Shown piece after piece: positions 1 through 10,401 of a stretch of 64,000 nt of DNA; positions within the stretch are counted from its first letter, which is position 1, and each line of letters starts with the position of its first letter. The stretch covers positions 22,259 to 86,258 of the forward strand of contig JAKAWU010000001.1 in the NCBI GenBank assembly GCA_021816965.1, written 5' to 3'. The notes under the pieces are model-generated. The model did no database searches. It saw only the letters and a program-made list of their open reading frames with translations, and was not told the origin of the DNA. This stretch comes from Thermoplasmata archaeon. Lineage in GTDB: Archaea > Thermoplasmatota > Thermoplasmata > Thermoplasmatales > Thermoplasmataceae. The position numbers and the translations under genes were made by a program.

Positions 1-1551
1 CCCATTCATCATTCCTGAAGTAGCAAGAACCACCTTGCTCTCAGTGGAATCACAGATATCGAGCCTCTGTTCCCTTGTCTCTACCTTTCTGAATATTTTG
101 TGCATGAATGGATTTTCCCTCTTCTCCATTATGCGTTCCCGAAGTGTTCTGTTGAGGTATTCCGGATAAGCTGCATGTATGGCTGTGGCTTCCATTATCA
201 TTCCGTCAAGATAAACAGGCATCTCTTCTATCTGCCCAGTGCTGACCGCCTCTTCCAGAACCATCATAACTTCCTGGCTTCTTCCAACTGCGAAAACGGG
301 AATTAGAACGGAACCACCTTTCTCAAAAGTTCTCTTGATTATGGACACAAGTACTTCTGAAGCATCCTTCCTTGCCTTGTGATAGTCATTTCTTCCAGCA
401 TATGTGCTTTCTGTCATGAATGTTTCAACTCTTGGAAACTTGTTGTTTGCCATATTGAACAGCCAGGTTTTTTCAAATTTCACGTCACCGCTCAACACTA
501 CGTTGTAAAGCCCCTCGCCGATGTGAAGATGCACAGAGGAGGATCCCAGAATGTGGCCCGCATTGTAGAATGTCAGCCTGACGTCCGGCGTTATATCAGT
601 TGTCTCGTTGTATTTGAGAACTACTGTTCTCTTCAGTTCTTCCCTTATGTGCTTTGAATCGTATGGGGATTTATGCCCTTCCGCATGGGCCACCTTGATG
701 AAATCATTCTGGAGCATTATGGATAGATCCCTTGTTGGTTGCGTCATGTAGATGGGCCCTTCATATCCATACTTGTAAAGCAAAGGAGCCATGCCTGAAT
801 GATCAAGATGTGCATGTGTCAGGACTATGGCATCCAGTGAAGAGAACGGCTGAATCTCCGGGAGATACAGGTATGGTGAACCCTCCCATGGCTTATCACC
901 TGCAGTGTTGGTGTTCATCATTCCGCAGTCAATCAATATCCTGGAATTATTTGTGGAAATAAGGGTGGCGCTTCTCCCAACTTCGCGATGACCTCCAAGG
1001 GCAGTCAACCTTACCCAAGGATCTCCTGGCATGGTGGGTGTATTCAGCTTGATTCCGAGGCTGTTGAGGAATTTCTTCCTGTCCTCCTTCTCGTCCCTTA
1101 GGAATTCCCGCACCTCCTTCACCGTCCTCGAATGCATTGGAGGGGCCCTGACTATTCTTGGAGACCATCCTGTTTCACTTTTCAGGGATTTGATATACCC
1201 TGAATCCTTGTGTGAAACCACTGATGGCTCTTCTAGTTCTATGACAACTTCCCCTGTGTCATGCTCAAAATAAACATCTTTCAACTGTGCATCTTCAGGT
1301 ATGATATTTTCTATTTTCTTCCTGGCTGTCTCTTCGTCCCCCATTATGGACTGATCCGGCCTTATGGCTATTCTTCTCCTGATCTCCTGTGCAACCTTTC
1401 TGGCAATGTCATCCCGCTGTGAAAAGAGTTCCTCATTCTTTGTGTATACGATGATATTTGGACCTTCATATACAATGTCTGTTATTCCATTGTCTGAAAA
1501 CAACCTGTTAAATATAGTTCTTACTTCCTCTACATAATCCTTGTAAACCAT
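1..1551 (-). CDS. Archaeal CPSF1 / FttA: KH-domain beta-CASP ribonuclease and transcription termination factor (3' end runs off the window)
   Basis: Not in the ORF track because it has no stop in the window. Manual translation from ATG at 1551 gives MVYKDYVEEVRTIF...YEGPNIIVYTK (KH), then GGHREVGRS, ILIDCG, HAHLDH, and ends at ATSGMMNG at position 1. It lies directly downstream of psmB, the conserved archaeal context. Confidence 0.95.
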   Translation of the reverse strand, partial: MVYKDYVEEVRTIFNRLFSDNGITDIVYEGPNIIVYTKNEELFSQRDDIARKVAQEIRRRIAIRPDQSIMGDEETARKKIENIIPEDAQLKDVYFEHDTGEVVIELEEPSVVSHKDSGYIKSLKSETGWSPRIVRAPPMHSRTVKEVREFLRDEKEDRKKFLNSLGIKLNTPTMPGDPWVRLTALGGHREVGRSATLISTNNSRILIDCGMMNTNTAGDKPWEGSPYLYLPEIQPFSSLDAIVLTHAHLDHSGMAPLLYKYGYEGPIYMTQPTRDLSIMLQNDFIKVAHAEGHKSPYDSKHIREELKRTVVLKYNETTDITPDVRLTFYNAGHILGSSSVHLHIGEGLYNVVLSGDVKFEKTWLFNMANNKFPRVETFMTESTYAGRNDYHKARKDASEVLVSIIKRTFEKGGSVLIPVFAVGRSQEVMMVLEEAVSTGQIEEMPVYLDGMIMEATAIHAAYPEYLNRTLRERIMEKRENPFMHKIFRKVETREQRLDICDSTESKVVLATSGMMNG

Positions 1552-1592
1552 GCAATTTACACCCAAAAAAATTATTTTTTATAATAGTGTAA

Positions 1593-2228
1593 TTAAAGAT
1601 TCAATTTTAATTTTTTTATTCTGTCAAGCACTTCAGACTCCTGAAGCATCTTGAAACCCTGATCCTTGGTTATCACTGCAACATCAATCATTCCGCCAGA
1701 TGCTGAGTCTCTTGACTTTGCAGCTGTTATTCCTCTGATGACCAGATCAATGCCCTCCTCAATGGCCATATCTTTCCTGTACATTGATTCAAGAACACCA
1801 TAGACAAAGGGTGAACCGGAACCTGTGCTCACATATGTGTCTTCCACCGAACCACCGGCTGCATCAACTGAGAAGACATGAGGCTTTGAGTCCATTCCTG
1901 CAACAAGTATCTGTACCATATACGGGTAATATTTTGTCTGGTTCAGTATGTTTGAAAGAAGCGTTGCCGCTGCTGATATGGGCATGTTTATTTTTCTCTG
2001 AAGCCTGTAGAGCTCCAGTTCTGCTTTCATGTACCTTACCAGAACCTGTGCGTCTCCAACGAGTCCTGCTATGGTCATCCCAGTATAGGTATCAATCTGG
2101 AAGAGCTTCTGCCCATCCTTATGGGCTATGAAATGATCCATGGTAACTCTTCTTTCGGTTGCCATTACCACGGCATCTTTCAGGGTTATTGCAACAGTGG
2201 TAGTTCCTGTCTTTTTTACAGTCTCCAT
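1593..2228 (-). CDS. psmB: Proteasome beta subunit
   Basis: METVKKTG|TTTV propeptide and catalytic Thr, plus GLVGDAQ, TGSGS and RDSASGG. The ATG at 2228 is preferred over the track start at 2258. Confidence 0.97.
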   Translation of the reverse strand: METVKKTGTTTVAITLKDAVVMATERRVTMDHFIAHKDGQKLFQIDTYTGMTIAGLVGDAQVLVRYMKAELELYRLQRKINMPISAAATLLSNILNQTKYYPYMVQILVAGMDSKPHVFSVDAAGGSVEDTYVSTGSGSPFVYGVLESMYRKDMAIEEGIDLVIRGITAAKSRDSASGGMIDVAVITKDQGFKMLQESEVLDRIKKLKLNL

Positions 2229-2466
2229 TAATTTCACTCCAGTTGACACAATCAACATTCAATATTAAATACTTTTTAATTTTTGAGCCGTGTTCTATTG
2301 AACCCACACCAGTTTTTTCAAATTTATGGTTCAATTTTGACATATTTCATATATTCACATCCGTTTCAGAAAACATTCCACTGAATGGAAAGTTCTTGTG
2401 AATATGTGTATTTAATACGATTTCATAATTGAATAGATTATTAATACCTTTTCAACATATAGAATT

Positions 2467-2889
2467 ATGGTGCTCACGGCAGAAGATATAATGAAGCCAC
2501 TTCCAGCTTTCATTTCAGAAGATACCACTGTGGAAGATGCAACAAGGATGATGGCTGAGGGAAAACGCGGGTACATACTTATCAGTGATAATGGGACGCT
2601 TAAGGGAATTGCCACAGAGTGGGATTTTATAGCGAAAGTTTTAGCTAAAAATGCAAATCCAAAGAAAATGAAGGTATCCGAAATAATGTCCACTGAAATA
2701 GTCAGTGTCGCCCCTGATACTCCTACAAGAAAGCTCACCTCCATAATGACCCAGAAAGGTGTCAGGAGAATGCTGGTAGGGACTGACAGGAAATTTGTGG
2801 GAATCATAACCTCAAGGGATATAATCAGCATATTCAACGACTATGCCGAGGTTGTGGAGAACATCGCTGCGAAATATGGCATCATCTGA
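2467..2889 (+). CDS. CBS-pair domain protein
   Basis: Two CBS repeats (TAEDIM...GIATEWD; VSEIMS...GIITSRD). Confidence 0.9.
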   Translation: MVLTAEDIMKPLPAFISEDTTVEDATRMMAEGKRGYILISDNGTLKGIATEWDFIAKVLAKNANPKKMKVSEIMSTEIVSVAPDTPTRKLTSIMTQKGVRRMLVGTDRKFVGIITSRDIISIFNDYAEVVENIAAKYGII

Positions 2890-3033
2890 TTTTACCTTTG
2901 TTTGTGAATTGAAATGATCTCAATGCTGCAAATAACGGGATAGTTTATAATTTAAATTCGCTGAAATTGTTCTGTCAACTTGCAGGTATTAAATATTGTA
3001 GACACAATTCCATTCGGAAGTTGTTAGATAATA

Positions 3034-3759
3034 TCACTTGCCCAGCAGGAATTGGTTCATGAGGGCAGATACATAATCTGGCTGCGACCTGAAAGGGACA
3101 TGATCCCCTCCCTTTATCAGTTCAAACCTGCAGTCCTTTATTCTCTTTGAAAAATCTTTTCCGAATTCATGGTCTAGAATGTAATCATCCTCACCCCAAA
3201 ATATGGATACTGGGAAATTTATCCCGTCTATTACATCCCGGCTAATCTGAAAATCCTCAGGTTTTGATGACTGTACCATTTCATAAAGAATCTTTGAGAA
3301 ATTCTCATTTTCCCTTGAAAATTCCGTGAACAGGTTCCCCAAACTCTGAGCAAATCTCTCATCAGAAATAGGTACCACACCTGCTGGATCTATTAATATC
3401 ACTTTTTCAGGTTTTCTATACACTGAGAGTTCCAGGCAAATCCATCCTCCCATCGAACTCCCTGCCAGAAAATATTCACTTATTCCCAAATGATCCATCA
3501 ACTCCACAATGGCTTTACACTGAAACTTTATGACATTTCCTATGCTTCCCACGGATGAAAGCATATTCGGGATTGGGGTCTCTCCATGACCAAAGAGATC
3601 TATGCAGATTATCTCAAAGGATGGATCAAGATATTTCACAACTCCTTCCCATATTTCTGATGAGGCGGTAAATCCATGAATCAGGATGAGTTTTCTGATT
3701 CCCGGCCTATGCAGATAAGAGATCTTTCCTGTAGAACTTAGGAAGAAGAGCCTGTTCAT
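3034..3759 (-). CDS. Alpha/beta-fold hydrolase
   Basis: HGF oxyanion motif, DLFGHG, GSSMGG nucleophile elbow, WGEDD and a C-terminal catalytic His (DHVP). Confidence 0.9.
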   Translation of the reverse strand: MNRLFFLSSTGKISYLHRPGIRKLILIHGFTASSEIWEGVVKYLDPSFEIICIDLFGHGETPIPNMLSSVGSIGNVIKFQCKAIVELMDHLGISEYFLAGSSMGGWICLELSVYRKPEKVILIDPAGVVPISDERFAQSLGNLFTEFSRENENFSKILYEMVQSSKPEDFQISRDVIDGINFPVSIFWGEDDYILDHEFGKDFSKRIKDCRFELIKGGDHVPFRSQPDYVSALMNQFLLGK

Positions 3760-4152
3760 ATTCGCCCATTTTAAACTTCATAATTAAGGATTTTGCTTTC
3801 GTTGTGCTTCATGATGACACTAACATTCCTTTCCAGTCTACTCCCACATTTCAATCACATTCAGAATTGCAGTAATCCGGGAATTTCGGAATGCAAAATG
3901 CCTACCTTATCACATTGATAAAACATGGGAAAAAGCGTAAACTATGGAAAAATAGTGAAGAACAAGGAAAAAAATAATAATAAAGAGATAAATTAAGAAT
4001 CAACCACGCCTATTAGAAGTATTTCTCCAAAGAAAAGATGCATTCGGCGTTTCGATCTGCCAGTAGAAATAATCTAAAGGGCATAGGAAAATGTCTATAT
4101 ATTATATATTATATATACACAAATATTAAAAGAATTGGAAACATAAAGTTGC

Positions 4153-5472
4153 ATGTTCAAAGAATTGGATGAAAGCAAAGTCAGGAGAATACATCTAAAA
4201 ATAACTGCACTTTCTTCTGGTGGAAATTTTCTTGACGGATATGATCTTGCAATAATCTCTGTGGCCATTCTTCTGCTTACGCCTGAGTTTTCGCTGACTT
4301 CTGCTGAGCAAACACTTCTACTGGGCTCAACCCTCCTTGGAATGGTGTTCGGAGGAATCATTGGCGGACACCTTGCAGATAGAGGAGGAAGGAAGCTACT
4401 GTATTTATGGGACATGCTTTTCTTTATTGTCTTTACATTGCTCACAGCCATATCAACATCTTTCATGGAGATTCTTGTTTTCAGGCTACTTCTCGGCGTA
4501 GCCATAGGTGCTGATTATGCCATTAGCCCTACAATTATTGCAGAGTATTCTCCCACAAAACAGAGGGGAAAACTTCTCACTATAAATGGTGTTTCATGGT
4601 TTGTTGGCGCAGCCTTTTCATATCTTGCAGGTTTCTTCCTCTCCTCCTTGGGAGATATAGGATGGAGACTGATGTTTCTAGCAGGGATCATACCGGCAAT
4701 CATCGTTCTTGTGCTGCGTACATCCATACCAGAGTCCCCACGCTGGCTCATGAAGCAGGGAAAACCGGAAGAGGCAATGAAATCGCTGGAGACAGTTGTT
4801 GGCTCACCGGTAACTGCTGAAAATATATCCAAAGAAAAGTCACACATACGGGAACTCTTCAGGGGCAGATACCTGAGAGCCACGGTTTTTGTATTCACAT
4901 TCTGGTTCATTCTTGATGCGGTAACTTATGCAGTGGCACTTGAGGGGCCCTCAATCCTTCAGACACGGTTTAACCTGAGTCCGGGACAGGCATCCGGAAC
5001 TGCTTCATTGATTGCCATGCTTGCCATAATTGGTGCAGTTTTGACTTTCTTTGCCATAGATGTTGCGGGCAGACGTGCAGTCACATTGGTTGGCTTTCTG
5101 GGAATGGTAGTAACACTTTTAGTGGGGGGCATTGCCCTGATCTATTCCCAGAACATCATCACGATCATTCTCATCTTTGTGCTTTTCGAGATAAGCGAGG
5201 AATTTGGCCCTGGAATTACAAGCACCATCTATCCACAGGAACTCTTTCCCACAAGCATAAGGGCCACCGCCCAGGGGTTAGGAACAACCATCAGCAGGAT
5301 TGGTGCACTGGTGGGAATATTCTCGTTCTCTTTAATAGCAGAAATTTATGGAAGTGGAGTGGGATTACTGTTCCTTGCGATTCTCTCTCTGATTGGAGTA
5401 TTCGCTACAATTGTGTACAGAGTTGAACCAATGGGTAAATCCCTGGAAGAAGTCTCGAATGACACTTTTTGA
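4153..5472 (+). CDS. MFS transporter, sugar-porter/organic anion family
   Basis: FLDGYDL, DRGGRK, PESPRWL, ELFPTSIRAT and about 12 hydrophobic segments. Confidence 0.93.
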   Translation: MFKELDESKVRRIHLKITALSSGGNFLDGYDLAIISVAILLLTPEFSLTSAEQTLLLGSTLLGMVFGGIIGGHLADRGGRKLLYLWDMLFFIVFTLLTAISTSFMEILVFRLLLGVAIGADYAISPTIIAEYSPTKQRGKLLTINGVSWFVGAAFSYLAGFFLSSLGDIGWRLMFLAGIIPAIIVLVLRTSIPESPRWLMKQGKPEEAMKSLETVVGSPVTAENISKEKSHIRELFRGRYLRATVFVFTFWFILDAVTYAVALEGPSILQTRFNLSPGQASGTASLIAMLAIIGAVLTFFAIDVAGRRAVTLVGFLGMVVTLLVGGIALIYSQNIITIILIFVLFEISEEFGPGITSTIYPQELFPTSIRATAQGLGTTISRIGALVGIFSFSLIAEIYGSGVGLLFLAILSLIGVFATIVYRVEPMGKSLEEVSNDTF

Positions 5473-5474
5473 TT

Positions 5475-6173
5475 TTACCTTCCCAGAAGTTTAAGAACGG
5501 TGTCAGGCCTGTCCGATGCAATTGCATCAACGCCAAGATCAATCATCTTTTTTATTTCATCGCTGTTGTTAGGGGTCCATACGCTGACCTTAATACCTCC
5601 CGCGTGGCACAGATCAATAAAATTTCTGTCCAGTCCTTCATAGTACATTGACAGAGTATCGGACATGCAGGCTTTAGCAACCGATACTGGATCCACGGGT
5701 AAACCTGCAAGAAGGGCTCCTGTTTCAAGATTCGGAAAAAATTTCTTCAGGCTGAGGATTGCCCTGTGATCAAAACAGATAACTATTATTCTCTTCTGCA
5801 GTTCGGGATTTGCATTTAAAAGTTTTACAATTTCAACAAATGAATCATAGGACTTGATCTCCACTACCAGAGTTATTTTTAGTTCATCTATCACCTCCTG
5901 CAGGGTAGGAATGCTCTCTCCACCATTCAGTTTTATGTCTTTAATCTCCTCAAGAGTCATATCAGATATGTTCCTTTCAATTCCAGCTACTCTCTTTAAG
6001 TCAGGATCATGCATGATCACAAGTTTGCCGTCCTTTGTCAGGTGCACATCGCATTCTATTGCGTCAACGCCTAGTTTCTGAGAGTTCCTGAAAGCTGTGA
6101 GAGTATTCTCGAAAAACAGTTCAGCCCCTCCGCGATGGGCAATTACAAAAATATCTTTCTTCACTTCTGCCAT
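5475..6173 (-). CDS. Glycerophosphodiester phosphodiesterase
   Basis: IAHRGG...ENTL, ECDVHLTKDG..MHD, VEIK, WTPN and SDRPD motifs. Confidence 0.93.
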   Translation of the reverse strand: MAEVKKDIFVIAHRGGAELFFENTLTAFRNSQKLGVDAIECDVHLTKDGKLVIMHDPDLKRVAGIERNISDMTLEEIKDIKLNGGESIPTLQEVIDELKITLVVEIKSYDSFVEIVKLLNANPELQKRIIVICFDHRAILSLKKFFPNLETGALLAGLPVDPVSVAKACMSDTLSMYYEGLDRNFIDLCHAGGIKVSVWTPNNSDEIKKMIDLGVDAIASDRPDTVLKLLGR

Positions 6174-6411
6174 TTTAAGTCAAGGTTTAAGGGTTACAGG
6201 ATTTATAATTTTTCCCCATTCGAATAATCTGATATTTTGTGAAATTCTAGAAATTTATAACCGTTATGAAAAGACATAAAATACCGTGGTTTAATGATGC
6301 AGACGTACGTGTATCCTCTCCTTTAAATTTTTTATGACCCCTATTTCGATCCTTTCCCAAAGTCCATGTTTTTAAAAAAATAAGGTATAAAATAAAATTT
6401 AGTTTTTCAAC

Positions 6412-8214
6412 TTAAGGTAAAATGGTGAAATATGCATTTGGAACCTCCACTTGACCTGTTTCAACTCGCACGCTCTCTGTGGCCATAAAATACTGTACTG
6501 TAGCAGGAGAAGGGCCACTATTCGTCATGGTTAAACTAAATACTACGGTAGAACTGTCAATCGAAACAACAGCAGAAAAGAAGAGTCCTATAACCGCAGT
6601 AGCGAGACCCAAAAAGGCAACTGCAATTGCAGGAGTTGTTACAGAGTCTCCATAAGGAATGGCTAAAAGTGCAATTGCAGCAGCAATAATTGCAATTCCA
6701 AGACTAATATATTCATCTATTTGACCCCAATTATAGTTAACCCCTGTGGTAACACTTAACCCGCTGTATATCTCACCCCAGCTTATAGGACTTTGATTAT
6801 TCCTGAACGGAGACAGATTCAAAAGATTTCCGGCATATCCGGATTGACCGTTGTAAGTTTGCCCAAGAGAATTACTTGCAAAAAGCGCCGCAAAAGCAAC
6901 AGCAAACCTATTTTGCTGTGTGAGGTTGATGTAGGATGATGCATTATATTTTGTGAAATTTTCGTTGCCTATCAAGAATACCTCAGGAATAAGACTTGGC
7001 CCCTTCTGATCAAATGAATCAATTTGTATGTTGACCTGATACTTATTGGTTGTTTCGATTGTTTTACCTGCGTTAGGTCCTGTCAGGGCCACTTCAACAT
7101 ATCTGTACTTTGTTGCTGACATATTTCCTTCAAAGGCAATCACTCCATTCCTGCATTCTGTAGGATTAGAGTTTACATCAAGAGCCGCGAGAGTAAGAAT
7201 TGAACTGGATGTTGTGTTTCCATATCCATATGTCGTGGATGTTCCCACAATTACTCCTTTTGTGGATGTATTGAAGTATTGTGATGATAATGTAAAACCT
7301 GTTTTTATTAGAGATGCTCCAATCGTTAAACTAAGAGAGATGTTCACTCCCGGAACTGCAGCAGAATCATTTACATAAATCAGTGGTATTGGAACATTGT
7401 GGAAATAGTCTACCTGAATTGGCCTCCATACCCAAATTGTCTTACAACCTCCAGGTGAAGGGATATAATCAGTTCCTATTGCGTTTTGTGTTGCAGTGGA
7501 ATTCAGGAAACCGGGATATATGGTAGATGTGTTCCCGGTTACGTTAACAGTTGGAACACTTGAATGCGTTAATAAATTTACATAAGGGTGGCATACTATG
7601 TTCATGGTATAACCCGAAACCATGTGGAATGGATTGTAAGGTACTGCTCCCGAATAATAGTAAACTGTACTGTTTGAGGAATTTTCTGCCGAGAAATAAT
7701 TAATATCCATTATCATGGATGTGGTGGAGCCGGAATTTCCAAAAGTGTATTTCCACGTTCTTGTAATATTATTGATCGTAATTGGAAGCTTGAATTGTGA
7801 ATTCCATGAGAGATTAACAGTTGTAATTGTTAACGGATATGATCCTTTTGTTTGGTAATAAACAGGCTTTGAATTATTCAGGGATTGGTTTGGATAGGAC
7901 GGAGATGCAAAAAGTTCAACAACTGCACCTGTGAATGATGGGAAAGAAGTGTTAGTTGTCGGTGGTGCAATTCCTGATGTTGTATTTGTATAAAATGCTG
8001 GTGAAACATTAAGTTTTACAGTGATATTGGACAGATATGAAGGTGATGTCTGCGCTGGAGGCGGTGAAGGGTTATTGCCTACTGTTGAAATATTTTTGGA
8101 TCCATTCTGATTTGAAAGATTCACAAGTATGAACATGGATGTTGATATGATCGCAACTACAATAATGACAGAGATTATTTTCCTGTGTATGGATGGTAAT
8201 TCCATTAAATTCAT
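6412..8214 (-). CDS. Hypothetical secreted/membrane-anchored protein, 600 aa, N/S/T-rich, with a late hydrophobic hairpin
   Basis: Long ORF with an N-terminal signal anchor (RKIISVIIVVAIISTSMFILV), many NxS/T sequons and two adjacent hydrophobic helices near the C-terminus. Confidence 0.8.
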   Translation of the reverse strand: MNLMELPSIHRKIISVIIVVAIISTSMFILVNLSNQNGSKNISTVGNNPSPPPAQTSPSYLSNITVKLNVSPAFYTNTTSGIAPPTTNTSFPSFTGAVVELFASPSYPNQSLNNSKPVYYQTKGSYPLTITTVNLSWNSQFKLPITINNITRTWKYTFGNSGSTTSMIMDINYFSAENSSNSTVYYYSGAVPYNPFHMVSGYTMNIVCHPYVNLLTHSSVPTVNVTGNTSTIYPGFLNSTATQNAIGTDYIPSPGGCKTIWVWRPIQVDYFHNVPIPLIYVNDSAAVPGVNISLSLTIGASLIKTGFTLSSQYFNTSTKGVIVGTSTTYGYGNTTSSSILTLAALDVNSNPTECRNGVIAFEGNMSATKYRYVEVALTGPNAGKTIETTNKYQVNIQIDSFDQKGPSLIPEVFLIGNENFTKYNASSYINLTQQNRFAVAFAALFASNSLGQTYNGQSGYAGNLLNLSPFRNNQSPISWGEIYSGLSVTTGVNYNWGQIDEYISLGIAIIAAAIALLAIPYGDSVTTPAIAVAFLGLATAVIGLFFSAVVSIDSSTVVFSLTMTNSGPSPATVQYFMATESVRVETGQVEVPNAYFTILP

Positions 8215-8362
8215 ATATCTAATATGTGATATATATATAATACTTACTGCTTATGCATTTCGCTCAATGATTGCCAAATTCCGTAAAACTCCAATGTTTC
8301 AGCGTGGAGAAATGGGAACTTTCTTCAATAGAAAGTATTTATTGTCAACATGATGAATAAAA

Positions 8363-8983
8363 TCACATAAAAATGTGTCTGTAGAGTTCTATGAGATCCT
8401 GGACATCTCCCCTGCAATATCTCAGGAAAGAATCTCTTGCATTTTTCCATGCCCATACTATGGCATCCCCCTTGGACATTCCTGGAATATCAATTTCATC
8501 CTTGCTTCTCAGAAGATTTAGGTGGGAATATTCAGGAGCATTCACCACTTTCTTCAGGCTTCTGATCCTGTATTCTCCGCTCAGTGTTGCTCCATGCAGT
8601 GCACATACGTACATCATATCCAGCACATATGATGTTCCAAGATAGTACTTCATGGGCCAGAACTTATCACCGAATGCCATTTTCACAGTGTTCGTGTTCA
8701 TAAGAGGAATATCATAGGAAGTGTGATTGTATCCGATTATCACCTCTGGTTTGTATTCATCCATCACGGCGGAGAGTTTTCCTATGAGTTCTATCTGATC
8801 ATCATGCCCATAATCTCCGGTAAAAATTTCCGTGTATCCATCTATGGTGGCTATGGATACGGCAATTATCCTTTCATTTTGCAGAAAACCTTTTGTTATC
8901 CACGTCTCAAGATCCAGAGCCATAATTTTTGTGCACCCTGAAACCATGGATTTTATTCTTTGAAGTTCTGAACCATAGTCCAT
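8363..8983 (-). CDS. Stand-alone DEDDy 3'-5' exonuclease (RNase H-like, PolB-exo/YprB-type)
   Basis: ExoI ALDLET, ExoII GYNHTSYDIP and ExoIII YCRGDV. Confidence 0.8.
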   Translation of the reverse strand: MDYGSELQRIKSMVSGCTKIMALDLETWITKGFLQNERIIAVSIATIDGYTEIFTGDYGHDDQIELIGKLSAVMDEYKPEVIIGYNHTSYDIPLMNTNTVKMAFGDKFWPMKYYLGTSYVLDMMYVCALHGATLSGEYRIRSLKKVVNAPEYSHLNLLRSKDEIDIPGMSKGDAIVWAWKNARDSFLRYCRGDVQDLIELYRHIFM

Positions 8984-9022
8984 GATTACTAAACGTAATA
9001 TGTTATTTTAGAATGTGCACGT

Positions 9023-9406
9023 ATGAAAGTATCAAGAAGAGAGTATCATGAGGGTGAAGTTGATCTTCACAAACTTGCTGCCACTGTGGAAAGATTCTTC
9101 ATAGAAGAGGGGTTTGTCGTCAGGCTTGCTGAGAATGACACAGGTGCAATTATACAGGCAAGGAAAGGGGGAATTTTCAGGACTGTGCTGGAGATGGACA
9201 GGGCCCTCACAGTTGTGGTTGAACTTAAGAATAAATCAATCGATATCAGCATGGGTGTGGCGAAGATCATGGATAATATTGACGTCAATCATGTAATCCA
9301 TTCCCATGACTCAATTTTTATAAAGATTCCAGAAGCCCTGTGGACATATGAGACCGAACACCACCTTTGGAACTATATTGAGATATTCATGGAACTTGGA
9401 TACTGA
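9023..9406 (+). CDS. Hypothetical protein
   Basis: 127-aa ORF filling the gap, divergent from the exonuclease, with plausible composition. Confidence 0.7.
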   Translation: MKVSRREYHEGEVDLHKLAATVERFFIEEGFVVRLAENDTGAIIQARKGGIFRTVLEMDRALTVVVELKNKSIDISMGVAKIMDNIDVNHVIHSHDSIFIKIPEALWTYETEHHLWNYIEIFMELGY

Positions 9407-9412
9407 GGGAAT

Positions 9413-10321
9413 TTACCATTTTTTTCCGGTTATTCTCTCATACATTTTTCTGTACATTTCCGAAACTTCAATTACCATTTTATCAGGAAGTGCAGGTATG
9501 TCAGGTTCCCTGAGATTCTTTTCCCTTGCAGAATAAAGTTCCCTATGATATCCGCTTTCCCTGTAATACTGCCTTACCATTTCCTTGGAGAGTTCCACTA
9601 TCTTTCCATTCCTGTAATCTGATTCCTCCCAGAACCTGTCTTCGTCGGCAGTTCCAAAAGTGTCCACCACGCATAATTCCCTCTCAGCCCCCATGGCAAG
9701 CTCCTTTTTACCATCTGCATGAATCAGCCCTCTCTTCCCGACATCGGACTGAATCTTCCTGTCTATGCGCAGGATCAATTCCTTTATCTCCATAACCTCA
9801 TACCTGTCAAGCCCGCCAATGCTCCTGGCCTCTTCCATGTCCAGTGGCCTGTCAGTTTTCTCAAACTTTGTAGTCATCTCGAAATATGGATCCTCAAGCA
9901 TCTGTCCTGGTTCCGGCATCCTGCTGAGCCCAAGTTCCCTGTAATCAACCTTTCCGCTCCTGATCCTGTCCATGAGGCTCCCTGCAACATAATATCTCAT
10001 AACGAACTCAAGTGGAATCAGGTAGTCAATCATGAATCTTGAACCACTGTCTTCGAATATCCTGAATTTTTTCACAACCATCTCATTTTTTCCCTTTTCC
10101 TGTATGAAATGATTTCCTATTCCCATTGCATTAAGGGTCTGGAACCAGAAAGAAGAGGTTCTGCAGATGGATGCGCCCTTATCAGGAATCATAACAGGAA
10201 TGATCTTGTCAAAAACAGATATCCTGTCTGAAAACCTGAACAGAAGAGTATCGCCATTATCGTAAACATCCTTGACTTTTCCAGTCCTGATGAGATTCAT
10301 GTTTCCATATGGAATAGTCAT
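9413..10321 (-). CDS. purC: SAICAR synthetase
   Basis: GKVKDVY, FSDRISVFD, IPLEFVMR, DGKKE, DEDRFW and LSKEMVRQYY. Confidence 0.96.
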   Translation of the reverse strand: MTIPYGNMNLIRTGKVKDVYDNGDTLLFRFSDRISVFDKIIPVMIPDKGASICRTSSFWFQTLNAMGIGNHFIQEKGKNEMVVKKFRIFEDSGSRFMIDYLIPLEFVMRYYVAGSLMDRIRSGKVDYRELGLSRMPEPGQMLEDPYFEMTTKFEKTDRPLDMEEARSIGGLDRYEVMEIKELILRIDRKIQSDVGKRGLIHADGKKELAMGAERELCVVDTFGTADEDRFWEESDYRNGKIVELSKEMVRQYYRESGYHRELYSAREKNLREPDIPALPDKMVIEVSEMYRKMYERITGKKW

Positions 10322-10401
10322 AAATTTACATTGCCATGGAGAATTATTACCATAAATACTTAATTAGTAATGTTCTAATATTGGAATGATATTACTCTGC
10401 A

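Noticed and set aside
3811-3870. C/D-box sRNA starting at ATGATGA
   Set aside because: No CTGA D or D' boxes occur at suitable spacing downstream.
8290-8320. ORB-like replication origin motif (TTTCAGCGTGGAGAAATGGG)
   Set aside because: It is a single weak match with no repeated ORBs, no G-string and no orc1/cdc6 gene in the window.
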